Positions 1-10,189 of a DNA stretch of 64,000 bases are shown here, piece by piece; the stretch's first letter is position 1, and each line of letters begins with the position of its first letter. Source of the DNA: an uncultured bacterium (lineage in GTDB: Bacteria > Chlamydiota > Chlamydiia > Chlamydiales > JAAZZY01). The notes beneath the pieces are model-generated. The model searched no databases. It saw only the letters and a program-made list of their open reading frames with translations, and was not told the DNA's origin. A program made the position numbers and the translations under genes. Location of the stretch: contig CAYGLF010000004.1 of assembly GCA_964350945.1 (NCBI GenBank), positions 1,976-65,975 on the forward strand, in the 5' to 3' direction.

Positions 1-391
1 TTTTTTGACAGATTTTCTTCGCTTGTTCAAGGTGCTTTTCAGAAATGTCAATTCCAAGCATATCTTTGAAATAAGGAGCTAGATGAACTAAATTGCGTCC
101 CACCCCACATCCAAATTCCAAACCTTTTTTGTCCTTGCAATCTGCTAAGGAAAAGTTTTTATAAGTTTTCAATTTTGCATTTACGTATTCAACACAGTCT
201 CGAGAATTCGCTAAAGAGTAAAAGTCATCAATTATTTCGGAAGATAAATTTTCATCTTTATACTTTTCATCAGTCACTACAGAAAAAAAAGTGTCCTCTT
301 TACCAAACTGATCCCAAGTACTTTGAAGCGTTTCTATCAATTCTTTTTTCTTAGGAAAAAGATTCCATTTAATTTTTTTCAGCAATTTCAT
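1..391 (-). CDS. Class I SAM-dependent methyltransferase, partial (N-terminal part; continues past the left window edge)
   Basis: Reverse-strand reading from ATG (cat at 389-391) gives MKLLKKIKWNLFPKKKELIETLQSTWDQFGKEDTFF...KKGLEFGCGVGRNLVHLAPYFKDMLGIDISEKHLEQAKK. The LEFGCGVGR plus LGIDIS pattern is SAM-binding motif I / post-I. The ORF is open to position 1 and is absent from the ORF track because it has no stop in the window. Confidence 0.5.
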   Translation of the reverse strand, partial: MKLLKKIKWNLFPKKKELIETLQSTWDQFGKEDTFFSVVTDEKYKDENLSSEIIDDFYSLANSRDCVEYVNAKLKTYKNFSLADCKDKKGLEFGCGVGRNLVHLAPYFKDMLGIDISEKHLEQAKKICQK

Positions 392-467
392 AACTTAAAA
401 GTTTCCCTTTCAATAATTCAGTGGTTTATACTACGAAGGGAAAATTTAAATCTCAACTAAATAGCTC

Positions 468-1898
468 ATGAAGGCCTTACCTGTTCAATTATTTAATACA
501 AAAACACACCAAAAAGAACCCTTTCGTCCTCAGCAAAAAGATGATGTTAAACTCTACACCTGCGGGCCTACGGTTTACGATTACGCTCACATAGGAAACC
601 TGAGAACCTATGTCTTTGAAGACCTTTTAAAAAGAGTGCTTCAATACAAAGGCTATGGGGTGCATCATGTGATGAACCTAACAGATGTAGATGACAAAAC
701 GATTCGTGGCGCCCTGAAAGCAGGGGTTACTTTAGATGATTTTACTCAAAAGTATAAGGACGCCTTTTTTCAAGACTTAGAGACTCTCAATATTATCCCC
801 GCTAATATTTACCCGCAAGCAACCGACCATATCCCTGAGATGATTGCAATGATACAAACGCTTATAGAAAAAGGTATTGCCTATAAGGGAAAAGATCAAA
901 GCGTTTATTTCTCCATTCACAAATTTCCCGACTATGGAAAGCTCTCTCACCTAAATCTTGATGAACTTCAAAGTGGAGCTTCAAACCGCATTCAAAATGA
1001 TGAGTATGACAAGGACAATGTCACTGATTTTGTTTTATGGAAACATTATGATCAAGAACGTGATGGTTCCATTTATTGGGAAAGCCCCTTTGGAAAAGGG
1101 CGACCTGGCTGGCACTTAGAATGCTCCGCCATGGCTATGAAATATTTAGGAGAGACCCTCGATATCCATATGGGAGGGGTCGATAACATCTTTCCTCACC
1201 ATGAGAATGAAATTGCCCAATCAGAGTGCGCATCTTGTAAAACATTTTGCCCTTTATGGGTCCATACAGAACATTTACTTGTGGATGGGAAAAAGATGTC
1301 TAAAAGCCTGGGCAACTTTTTCACTCTTCGCGACCTTTTAAACAAAGGGTTTAATGGAGTTCAAGTGCGTTATATGCTGCTGCAAACCCATTACAAAACG
1401 CAACTAAACTTTACATTTAAAGGGCTTGAAGCATCCCATAGCAGCCTAGAGAGAATCCAAAACTTCATCCAAAGGTTACAACATGCTCCAGAAGATGTTG
1501 TAAATCCTGCCAACATTCACACTCTTTTAGAAAAAGCACAGCACTATTTTGATACAGCAATTTGTGATGATATCAATATCTCGCAGGCTTTAGCAGCCCT
1601 GTTTGATCTAATAAGAGAAGTTAATGCAATCATGGATCAACGAGCGCTTCCAAAAAAAAGTGCTCTGCTTGTCTTAGAGCTACTGCAAAAATTTGATAAA
1701 ATCTTAGGGGTTTTATCTTTTGAATCTGTGACAGTGATCCCCAGCGAGCTTCAAGAAGCTCTTGAAAAAAGAGAACAAGCTCGAAAAAACAAAAACTGGA
1801 GTGAAGCTGATCGACTTCGAGATCTTATCCAAGAAAAGGGTTACTTAATAGAAGATGGGCCCTCTGGGGCTTCTTTAAAAAAGAAACCTGTTTCATAA
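468..1898 (+). CDS. cysS: Cysteinyl-tRNA synthetase
   Basis: 476 aa. Class I aaRS HIGH-type motif (YAHIGNLRTY) and KMSKS motif (GKKMSKSLGN). Cys-specific WHLECSAM zinc-site motif. Confidence 0.95.
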   Translation: MKALPVQLFNTKTHQKEPFRPQQKDDVKLYTCGPTVYDYAHIGNLRTYVFEDLLKRVLQYKGYGVHHVMNLTDVDDKTIRGALKAGVTLDDFTQKYKDAFFQDLETLNIIPANIYPQATDHIPEMIAMIQTLIEKGIAYKGKDQSVYFSIHKFPDYGKLSHLNLDELQSGASNRIQNDEYDKDNVTDFVLWKHYDQERDGSIYWESPFGKGRPGWHLECSAMAMKYLGETLDIHMGGVDNIFPHHENEIAQSECASCKTFCPLWVHTEHLLVDGKKMSKSLGNFFTLRDLLNKGFNGVQVRYMLLQTHYKTQLNFTFKGLEASHSSLERIQNFIQRLQHAPEDVVNPANIHTLLEKAQHYFDTAICDDINISQALAALFDLIREVNAIMDQRALPKKSALLVLELLQKFDKILGVLSFESVTVIPSELQEALEKREQARKNKNWSEADRLRDLIQEKGYLIEDGPSGASLKKKPVS

Positions 1899-1971
1899 TT
1901 CTCTTTTTGAATCTTGAATTTTTTGTTCTTTTCCTTAAAACTATATCAGTGGTAAAAAAAGGAAACTCCAA

Positions 1972-3015
1972 GTGATTTCAACTCTTCTCCCTCCTCAATC
2001 ACATATTGAATCCTTGTACCAAACTCCTGAAAAAGAGATCAAAGATGTTTTCTTTTCACCCCAGACACTGACTCCTTTGGAAATACAAGCCTGCCAAGAA
2101 ACCAGCCACTTGGATATGAAAATGGGATTAGACCCTCTAGGCGAACAATATTTCCACTTTATCACACTCAAAGATCAAGTCTGGCTGTCTCTCTTTTTCT
2201 TAAAAGAGATTCCTCCCATTTTTTCAGAGGATGAGCAGACTCTTTTTCATAAAGAGATGCGGGTCATTGATGGCGTAGAGAAAGAAGTTTTTGCGTTAAC
2301 TACCCATCTATCCACCTCCCCTAATCTGCACCCGTATATTCAAAAAAATAGCACCGAAATCACCACTTCTCGATCTAGCGCTTATACAGCGTCAGAAAGA
2401 CGCATTTTTAAAGATGCAAACCCACAACCTATTTCTGAAGAAGAATTGAAACGAATCATTTTATCACAAAACGCCCTCTTTTACACAGGGGCTGGACTCT
2501 CTGTATCGGCAGGCGTTCCAAGTATGAATGAGCTTCTATCCTTATTAGGCATTGAAAAAAATCACGACCCGCAGCAACACCCGTTTGCAGCTTTTTTAAA
2601 AAAAATTCTTCAAAACCCTCAAGACCTCGCAGAAAAAATAGCCTACTTCCATAAGCAGTGCTTTCATTGTCCACCCACTTTAGCCCATCAAACATTAAAA
2701 GAGATCTCTGTGAAATATCAAATCCCCATTGTCACGGAAAACCTAGATTGTCTTCATGAGCAAACGGGCATCGCCCCTCATCGGATAGACCCTCAAAAAT
2801 TAAATGAAATCTCTAACCTCGAATCCATCAAACAGCTGGACGCAGTCATTTGCTGTGGATTAAGTTATGATGACCGTGGTTTTTTAGCCTGGCTAAAAAA
2901 CCACCACCCAGACCTCAAAATTATCTCAATAGACCTTAGCAAACCCAATTATTTAGGGGATGAAGATTTTCTACTCCAAAAAGATTTGCAAGAATTCTTT
3001 TCAACATTTGACTAG
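1972..3015 (+). CDS. Sir2-like NAD-binding domain protein with an unknown ~160-aa N-terminal region; no zinc-ribbon module
   Basis: C-terminal half shows the sirtuin Rossmann motifs in order: FYTGAGLSVSAGVPS (G173-S184), IVTENLDCLHEQTG (equivalent of TQNID-LH), His270, then DAVICCGLSYD. There is no CxxC...CxxC between His270 and the last strand. GTG start in the ORF track; the true start is uncertain. Confidence 0.55.
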   Translation: MISTLLPPQSHIESLYQTPEKEIKDVFFSPQTLTPLEIQACQETSHLDMKMGLDPLGEQYFHFITLKDQVWLSLFFLKEIPPIFSEDEQTLFHKEMRVIDGVEKEVFALTTHLSTSPNLHPYIQKNSTEITTSRSSAYTASERRIFKDANPQPISEEELKRIILSQNALFYTGAGLSVSAGVPSMNELLSLLGIEKNHDPQQHPFAAFLKKILQNPQDLAEKIAYFHKQCFHCPPTLAHQTLKEISVKYQIPIVTENLDCLHEQTGIAPHRIDPQKLNEISNLESIKQLDAVICCGLSYDDRGFLAWLKNHHPDLKIISIDLSKPNYLGDEDFLLQKDLQEFFSTFD

Positions 3016-4604
3016 CTTCTAGGCTTCATCAAAGGGAAGTACAATACTTCTCTAATAGAGTGCTTGTTGGTAAATAGCATCACGAGTCGATCGATACCAA
3101 TTCCAATTCCTCCAGCTGGAGGCATTCCCTGGCAGATAGACTCAATAAACTCTTCATCAAGAGGATGAGCTTCATCATCACCCATATCTCGCCTTTTAAC
3201 TTGATCTTCCAAAAGCTCCTTTTGGATCAACGGATCATTCAGTTCTGAATAGGCGTTAGACATCTCACAACCTAAAACAAAGCTTTCAAAACGCTCTACA
3301 ATGGTCTCTTTTTGATTTACATCTGGATCACGGTGAATTTTACAAAGAGGAGTCGTTTCAATCGGATGATCGATAATATGCACAGGTTGAATCAAATGCT
3401 CTTCCACAAATGCTTCAAATAAATGAGCAATAAGCAGCCCTCTAGGGCAACTTAAAATTTCTTTCGGGGCTCCCACTCCTTTTTCGATCAGAATTTTTTT
3501 AATCTCTTTGTCATCCATATTGTCGACATCGATCTGAGCATGCTTTTTGATACTTTCTTTCATGGTCAAACGCGGCCATGGAGCTGTAAAATTCAGAGTA
3601 ATCTCTTTGCCATCATCGGTGACATAAGGAACTTGTTCTGTCCCAAATAGTTCAAGGGCAATTTTAGAAAATATCTTTTCTTGAAAGCGCATCATATCAG
3701 TATAATCCCAGTGAGAAGCATAAGCTTCTAGCATGGTAAATTCAGGGTTATGACTGCGATCTATGCCTTCATTCCTAAAGACTTTTCCGATTTCAAAAAG
3801 TCGTGGAATTCCCCCGACTAGCAATTTTTTAAGGTTAATCTCTAGAGCAATTCGCATATACATTTGCTGTTTATTCAAAGCGTTGAGGTGAGTCACAAAA
3901 GGTTGCGCATTCGCTCCCCCATAAATATTTTGTAAAATAGGCGTCTCTACTTCTAAGAACTGTTCTTCCTCACAGCATTTGCGTACGATTTGAACAATTT
4001 TAGAACGCAGATAAAAAGTATTAAAAACATCCGGACTAGAAATTAGGTCCAACCATCTTTTGCGATAACGCACTTCCTTATCAACAAGACCTGCATGTTT
4101 GTCGGGAAGAGGAAGAAGAGATTTACATAAAAGCGTGACCTCCTTGGCAAAAAGAGTCAACTCCCCTTTATGAGTAAAAAACAAATGACCTTTAACCCCT
4201 ACAATATCTCCCAAGTCAATTTTCTTCTCTACAAATTTCAATCCAGACTGGGGATGTTCTTGACTCTCACTTGGAGGCGTGTAACCTGTTACCTTGCTCA
4301 AATCTCTATTAATCATCACTTGGAGACGGAAATTTTCAGATTGCAACTGGGCAAAAGCATTTTTCCCCATTGCACGGAATAACACTAAACGACCACTGAT
4401 AGAAACTTCTGGAGTTTGCCCTAAAGAGGCTTTTTCACTATCACCAATATCTTGACCTTCATAGGCTTGAATAATATCTTGAAAGGTATGAGTTTCTAGA
4501 AACTTATGTGGATAAGGATTAACCCCAACGCTTTGAATATATTTCAACTTAGCAAGTCGAATTTGGTAATCATCGGTTTTTTCATACTCAAACATGTGGT
4601 CCAT
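3012..4604 (-). CDS. lysS: Lysyl-tRNA synthetase (class II)
   Basis: 530 aa. N-terminal OB anticodon-binding region, class II motifs (FRNEGID..HNPEFT; GMPPAGGIGIGIDRLVML). Its 3' end is convergent with, and overlaps by 4 nt, the Sir2-like ORF. Confidence 0.95.
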   Translation of the reverse strand: MDHMFEYEKTDDYQIRLAKLKYIQSVGVNPYPHKFLETHTFQDIIQAYEGQDIGDSEKASLGQTPEVSISGRLVLFRAMGKNAFAQLQSENFRLQVMINRDLSKVTGYTPPSESQEHPQSGLKFVEKKIDLGDIVGVKGHLFFTHKGELTLFAKEVTLLCKSLLPLPDKHAGLVDKEVRYRKRWLDLISSPDVFNTFYLRSKIVQIVRKCCEEEQFLEVETPILQNIYGGANAQPFVTHLNALNKQQMYMRIALEINLKKLLVGGIPRLFEIGKVFRNEGIDRSHNPEFTMLEAYASHWDYTDMMRFQEKIFSKIALELFGTEQVPYVTDDGKEITLNFTAPWPRLTMKESIKKHAQIDVDNMDDKEIKKILIEKGVGAPKEILSCPRGLLIAHLFEAFVEEHLIQPVHIIDHPIETTPLCKIHRDPDVNQKETIVERFESFVLGCEMSNAYSELNDPLIQKELLEDQVKRRDMGDDEAHPLDEEFIESICQGMPPAGGIGIGIDRLVMLFTNKHSIREVLYFPLMKPRS

Positions 4605-4835
4605 CCTTTAATGCTTATTTATTTTAGCGTTTGCACTTTACCACAATATCCTCAAATATTTCAACTTACCTTTTGCGGTCGCAATAAAGCTAAATGAGCC
4701 TATTGAAAAAAAGGAGGGTAAGGCCAATGATTCAATAAACTTATATCAATAAAAAAGCAAAATTAGCACAAAGATTGAAAAAAATGTTTTTGCATGGTAC
4801 TATTTTTCTTTTTAATCAATAATTTTAAGGAAATA

Positions 4836-5810
4836 ATGAACATTTCTTCTATCCCACCACAACTCTCATCAGTAAGTTTAATCCAAAGGTCAACACCTGT
4901 AGAAAAAGTGCACCACTTCCCTGAAAACATTCGCCAGCAAATTGCAACTTTAGATTTGATTACTCAAAAAGTTTTAGGCCACAGTTCCCCAAGCTTTTGT
5001 AATATTATTTCTCAACTGAACCAACCACGCTCTACGATTTCGTATGAGAAGTGCGAGCAGCTTTTTATTACAGCCTTCATTGAAGAATTTAAGGCTTCTG
5101 AAATCCACACCTTCTTGACAAACTTTTTTAATGAATTTGATCCCAATAAGACATTTATTAACTTTGAAGAAGCTTCCGAAAAGGGTGAACTCTTTTTATG
5201 GGAACATGTGATTCGCTACTACTGCACTCAATATATTCAGTTCCAAGCCAGCTGCTTGAACTTAGAAGAAATCTTTCAAGAATACCAAATTAGATTTGAT
5301 CCTGATCGTCAGGTTATCTTACGATCTCCATTAGGCTTAGAAAGTGAACTTGAAGAGCTTTTTCATCAATCTATCGACATCATCCCACAATTTAGCTCAG
5401 ATGAAGTCCTGCAGACCAAGCTGATGCTTATTAACTATGCTGCGACTTTAATTGAGACGTTGAAAACGAGTGAGCTTGATCCCGATGTAAGTATTAATTT
5501 AGCATCAGGCCTCACCCTTAGTGAGCTCTTTGAAGAAATTTACTCCCTTTTACTAGAGTTTCCATTTACAGAGCTTGCAGAGACCCCTCTTTTACATGAT
5601 TATCACAACCTACTGGATAAACTAGATCCTCAAAGTGCTAAAGAAGCTTTTTTAGAAAAGCTTGCCCAAGAAGTTCTAGACACTCAAGATCCAGATTATG
5701 AAACAAAGGCGCAAGACCTCTACGCAGTGATGTCAAAGTGCCAGTTTTTAGACTTTAAAATCAAAAGCTACCTACAACATCTAGTTTTTAGTGATCCTAA
5801 AAAAATGTAG
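4836..5810 (+). CDS. Hypothetical acidic soluble protein (no recognisable domain)
   Basis: Long ORF. The preferred start is the ATG at 4836, preceded by AAGGA at 4827-4831; the ORF track starts at 4794. No TM segment and no recognisable motif. Confidence 0.4.
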   Translation: MNISSIPPQLSSVSLIQRSTPVEKVHHFPENIRQQIATLDLITQKVLGHSSPSFCNIISQLNQPRSTISYEKCEQLFITAFIEEFKASEIHTFLTNFFNEFDPNKTFINFEEASEKGELFLWEHVIRYYCTQYIQFQASCLNLEEIFQEYQIRFDPDRQVILRSPLGLESELEELFHQSIDIIPQFSSDEVLQTKLMLINYAATLIETLKTSELDPDVSINLASGLTLSELFEEIYSLLLEFPFTELAETPLLHDYHNLLDKLDPQSAKEAFLEKLAQEVLDTQDPDYETKAQDLYAVMSKCQFLDFKIKSYLQHLVFSDPKKM

Positions 5811-8031
5811 AGGACGGGTCCACATCTATCAGAAGTCTCACAGACCTTAAAACCCCTACTTGATCAAGGGCTTGTTGAATAATTTGATTGAGCAGATACA
5901 CTGATTTCCCTTTGAGCAAAACGTGGAAACGATAGTATTCTTTGATTTTTGGATAGCCGCATGGAAGGGGTGAAAAAACCTCTCCTCTTTTTGCAAGAGT
6001 TCGTGAAATTTGCTGATATAATGCTTGAGCATAGGCCTTAGTTTCAGCCTCATCTTTCCCTTTAAAAACGAGTCTAATCAGATGGGTGAAAGGGCTGTAG
6101 TTGAAAAAGCGCCTCGAAGTGATTTCTTGTTGATAAAAGGCCAGATAATCTTGATCTATAGCCTGTTTTAAAATCGCATTTTGTGGATTGAATGTCTGAA
6201 TGAAGACCTCTCCTTTAATCTCCCCTCTACCAGCACGACCTGCAACTTGCATCAGCATCTGAAATGCTATTTCAGAGGCTTTAAAATCAGGTAAGTTAAA
6301 CTGCTGGTCACAGCTAAGAACTCCCACTAAGGTTACATTGGGGAAATGTAGCCCTTTGGCAATCATCTGCGTGCCAATCAATACATCGGCCTTATGATTA
6401 CGGAAAGCATAATAGAGCTTCTCATAGCTCCCCACATGTTTGGTGGTGTCCGTGTCCATTCTAAGTGTTTTTATTTGAGGGAATATTTTTTTTAACTGAC
6501 TCTCTACATTCTCAGTACCAAATCCTTTAAATTTCAAAGTTGGACTTTTACATTTTCGACATTCTCGAGGAGGGGTTAGTTGATAGTCACATAAATGGCA
6601 TGACAAGGTGTTTACTTTGCGGTGAAAAGTTAGTGAAAGATCACAGTAAGGGCACTTTTCAACCTCAGCGCACTGCGTGCAAACTAGTGAAGAATGAAAC
6701 CCTCTTCGATTTAAAAATAAGATACTCTGCTCCCCTCTTTGGGTACGCCTCTCTATCTCAGTGAGAAGCTTTTGAGAAAAAAGAGTAAAGCCCTTGGCTA
6801 TTTCCATTTCCCTTTTCATATCGATACAGTGAATTTGTGGTAAAAGGCTTTCTCCAACTCTCTGGTTTAACGTTAATAATCGGTATTTTTGATTCTCCAC
6901 ATTATTATAAGTTTCAAGCGAGGGAGTCGCTGTTCCTAAAATCACGGTAGCCGAATTCATCTTACCCCTTAAGACTGCAATATCTCGAGCGTGATAGGTA
7001 GGCATTTCATCTGTTTGTTTATAGGACTGCTCATGCTCTTCATCAACAATGATGACCCCAATATTATCAAGAGGTGCAAAAATAGCTGAGCGAGCTCCAA
7101 TGACAATAGAGGCTTTGCCTTCTCTGATGGCATACCATTGATCATAGCGCTCTCCAGGACTTAGCCTATGGTGCAGCACAGCAATCTTTTCTTTAAAGCG
7201 CCCTTTAAACTTCTCAATAGTTTGTGTAGTCAGAGCCACCTCAGGAACTAACATCAGCGCGCTCTTGCCTTGCCTGCGCACTTCATCTATGGCTTGTAAG
7301 TAAACCTCTGTTTTGCCACTCCCTGTGACCCCATGCAATAAAAAGGGCTGGAACACCTCTTGATGAAGAGCTTTTTGAATCTCACTAAGAGCTTTTTTTT
7401 GTTCATCGTTTAACTGCTTAGGCCGGGTAGGGAAAAACTCAGCTCGACTTAGAGGGTTTCTTTCAACATTTGCTTTTTGAACTTGCAGTATTTGTTTTTT
7501 AACAAGCGCTCCTACAACAGCTCGAGTCACTTTAGATTTTTCTAACAGTTCTGTTAACAAAATGCTTTTTTCAACTTGAAGCATCTGGTCTAAAACCATC
7601 GCCTGTTTGGGGACTTTGCTACGTAGAGCAATAGACAACACCCTAGTCTCTTCAAGGGTATGGGACCTAAAAACCACTTGCTGCTCTTTATGTCCCAACC
7701 CCTTACGTACACAGGTGGGTGAAAAGAGCTTGAGGACTTTGGAGAGCGGGGTATGATAGTATTTAGAAATCCATTCAGCGAGTTCAAAAGCCTGAGGAGT
7801 TAATAGAGAAGTTTTAGAAACCACTCCTTGAATAGGAAGAACCGATGAAAATGAGCATTGATTGGAAAATTCAACAATCACCCCTGTACGCAGCTTTCCC
7901 CGAAGAAGCACTTGCACACTCATCCCTTTTTCTAATCGTGAAAGATCTTCATTTTTTACCCCATAGTCAAGCGGTCTTGCAGGACCTGAATCGACTAAAA
8001 CAGAAGCATATTTTTGATAGGTACCCGTCAT
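5797..8031 (-). CDS. priA: Primosomal protein N' (replication restart helicase PriA)
   Basis: 744 aa. Walker A GVTGSGKTEVY, DEEH box (IIVDEEHE), Cys-rich zinc insertion (CTQCAEVEKCPYCD...CHLCDY...CRKCKS). Confidence 0.9.
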   Translation of the reverse strand: MTGTYQKYASVLVDSGPARPLDYGVKNEDLSRLEKGMSVQVLLRGKLRTGVIVEFSNQCSFSSVLPIQGVVSKTSLLTPQAFELAEWISKYYHTPLSKVLKLFSPTCVRKGLGHKEQQVVFRSHTLEETRVLSIALRSKVPKQAMVLDQMLQVEKSILLTELLEKSKVTRAVVGALVKKQILQVQKANVERNPLSRAEFFPTRPKQLNDEQKKALSEIQKALHQEVFQPFLLHGVTGSGKTEVYLQAIDEVRRQGKSALMLVPEVALTTQTIEKFKGRFKEKIAVLHHRLSPGERYDQWYAIREGKASIVIGARSAIFAPLDNIGVIIVDEEHEQSYKQTDEMPTYHARDIAVLRGKMNSATVILGTATPSLETYNNVENQKYRLLTLNQRVGESLLPQIHCIDMKREMEIAKGFTLFSQKLLTEIERRTQRGEQSILFLNRRGFHSSLVCTQCAEVEKCPYCDLSLTFHRKVNTLSCHLCDYQLTPPRECRKCKSPTLKFKGFGTENVESQLKKIFPQIKTLRMDTDTTKHVGSYEKLYYAFRNHKADVLIGTQMIAKGLHFPNVTLVGVLSCDQQFNLPDFKASEIAFQMLMQVAGRAGRGEIKGEVFIQTFNPQNAILKQAIDQDYLAFYQQEITSRRFFNYSPFTHLIRLVFKGKDEAETKAYAQALYQQISRTLAKRGEVFSPLPCGYPKIKEYYRFHVLLKGKSVYLLNQIIQQALDQVGVLRSVRLLIDVDPSSTFF

Positions 8032-8562
8032 TTAAAGCTCACTTAAAAGCGTAGCCCACAAACTTTTTTTAAGTTCTGGATCCTGATTGTAACTTTTAAG
8101 GTCTGACATTAGAAATAAAGAGTTATTAAATAGCTTCCTGTAAGGCAACTTTTGGTAACCCTTCATCAGTTGTGGTAACTGATAAAGATCCATTTCAGGA
8201 ATCAAGACATTCTCTATGAGCTTACCCCTGTTAAACAGCTCTTCCCACATTCCCTCTGCTTCTAAAAAAGAGGCTTCAATAAGCATGGCAGAGGCTATTC
8301 GTGAGTCAATCGCCAGACTAAGCCTCTCTGCTAAAGTTTTCTCTGCCCCTTGAGGCATTATAGCAATTAAAAGGACTTTTGCTTTTGAAAGCTTAGACAT
8401 ATCAATATGCTGAATAAGCGATGAGTTGCCATCTACTCTTATAGTTTTTTTTTGTTCATAAAAATCAGCTGCATCTAAAACCGTTTCTGCGCGACCATTA
8501 GCTTCTTGTAAAATCCACTTTTCGGCACTTTCAATACATCTTATTAATAAGTTGGATTCCAT
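8032..8562 (-). CDS. Hypothetical protein, abuts the priA start
   Basis: 176-aa ORF whose stop is immediately adjacent to the priA start codon (8032/8031), suggesting co-transcription. No recognised motif. Confidence 0.4.
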   Translation of the reverse strand: MESNLLIRCIESAEKWILQEANGRAETVLDAADFYEQKKTIRVDGNSSLIQHIDMSKLSKAKVLLIAIMPQGAEKTLAERLSLAIDSRIASAMLIEASFLEAEGMWEELFNRGKLIENVLIPEMDLYQLPQLMKGYQKLPYRKLFNNSLFLMSDLKSYNQDPELKKSLWATLLSEL

Positions 8563-8568
8563 ATATCC

Positions 8569-9291
8569 TTAGGTGTTGAGTTGATTGACTTGATTTAAAA
8601 TGAGATCTTTTAGATGTACAAATCCCTTCTTATTATATTCCTCAGTGACAAAATCTTGAACTTGTTCAAGTCCTTCTGGGAACATCTGACATAAAGTTTG
8701 TTTTACGAAATTCTTATAATAAATTGCATCCAAATCCTCTTGCTGTTGCAGCAAAAAAAGGAGAACTGAGGCATCATCTTTAAAGAAGAATAATATTTCA
8801 CAGATATATGATGTGAGCAACTGCATATGGTCCACCAACTTTCCAATGAACTGATAAAGAGGCTTATAGTTTAAAAGCACCCCTTCTTCATGCTGATACT
8901 TCAGAGTAGTTATCACCTCACGAATTTGTGAAGCGCTATGAAAGGCTATACTAGAGCTAACCAGCAGCTTGCCAACCAGAGGAGTTTTCACCATCTTTTG
9001 ACTCATCAAATAACTGTAGTGCTTGAGCTTATTCAGACTCCCTTGATTCTGGGCCCACGGGAAACACCTTTCATTGATACCGGAAACAGGCTCTCCGGTT
9101 AATGGGGGAACTAATTCTAAAACATCATCAAGTTGATCAAATCTTAAAGCTAGAGAGGCATTTAAAAAAGATGCTATCTTTTGAACAAAACGACTTGCAT
9201 GAATAAATTCAGACAAAACAAACTGAAACAGCAAACCCTTATTTTGAGAGTAAATACTCTGATTAATATCAGTCTTTTGCTGCTTTACCAT
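8569..9291 (-). CDS. Hypothetical protein
   Basis: 240-aa ORF, 6 nt upstream of the 176-aa ORF on the same strand. No recognised motif. Confidence 0.4.
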   Translation of the reverse strand: MVKQQKTDINQSIYSQNKGLLFQFVLSEFIHASRFVQKIASFLNASLALRFDQLDDVLELVPPLTGEPVSGINERCFPWAQNQGSLNKLKHYSYLMSQKMVKTPLVGKLLVSSSIAFHSASQIREVITTLKYQHEEGVLLNYKPLYQFIGKLVDHMQLLTSYICEILFFFKDDASVLLFLLQQQEDLDAIYYKNFVKQTLCQMFPEGLEQVQDFVTEEYNKKGFVHLKDLILNQVNQLNT

Positions 9292-9467
9292 CTCAACCTC
9301 AATAAAAACAAAGATTCATACCTTAGTTGCGGTTGAAAAGTCAAGTTTAGATGTATAGCCTACACATCAAAAAGTCACTATCATCGAACCGACCTCTACC
9401 CTAAGAATGGGTAAAAGCTGGAGAGTGAATAGATGAGCATCTGAGATATTCAGTAGTTTATGGTCGT

Positions 9468-9938
9468 CTATATCCAATCTGTATTTTTAGCTAAAAAAGG
9501 CTCTTTCCAATAGTAGTCATCCAGCAGCCCCTTACAGTCTCTTTTTAAAACCTTGTAAGCTGCATATAATGCTTCTATAGAAGCTAGTCCTTGATCGGGA
9601 TTAGAACATCCTGTCTGCTTTCTAGGATAGGCACTCCTTAAAGAAGAAGGCAGGCTTCTTTTTTGAATAGGAAGATCTTTAAAAAGAACTTGCTGCATAA
9701 TTTCAGCATATTTCCAAGTTCCATCTATTAAAATAATCCCTTTGTCTTGATCAGATTCCCTTAAAGGGGGCCCTTCAAAGCTCAGTAACACATAGTTCTC
9801 TATCGGAGGTAAAATGCACTGTGGGTAATTTAAAAAAAGGCAATCCTCTCGATTAGTGATAGGCTCTAAGCTACACTTTTTTTTATTCTCTTTGCGGTGC
9901 CTAACAATTAAAGTTTTAGGATAGTTCAAGATCATCAT
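9468..9938 (-). CDS. DTW/Tsr3-superfamily protein (putative RNA aminocarboxypropyltransferase)
   Basis: 156 aa. The ILIDGTWKYA stretch matches the D-x-T-W signature. The N-terminal basic KKKCSLEPI segment resembles Tsr3/DTW N-termini. The short length fits Tsr3-like rather than YfiP-like proteins. Confidence 0.5.
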   Translation of the reverse strand: MMILNYPKTLIVRHRKENKKKCSLEPITNREDCLFLNYPQCILPPIENYVLLSFEGPPLRESDQDKGIILIDGTWKYAEIMQQVLFKDLPIQKRSLPSSLRSAYPRKQTGCSNPDQGLASIEALYAAYKVLKRDCKGLLDDYYWKEPFLAKNTDWI

Positions 9939-10189
9939 AATTTATATATTTCAAAACCAACACTATAATCTAAGCGGCAGCTAAAGACAACGAGGATCCT
10001 AAATCAAATATTAAGATTAGATAAATCTATAGAAAAATCACTTTGTAAAGAAATTAATTTAAACTATAAACATTTAAAAAGCAGTGTTTTATAAAATTTT
10101 TCTCCGGAGTAAGAATCCTTAATCTGGTTTGATTTTTATTAAATTGTAGTCTACACTGGTTAATCAATTAAGTAGGAGTATCTAAAAAC

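Noticed and set aside
1110-1124. Sigma-54-like element TGGCAC-N5-ATGC.
   Set aside because: It lies inside the cysS coding sequence, where it encodes the conserved WHLECS motif. It has ATGC instead of TTGC and there is no downstream gene to serve.
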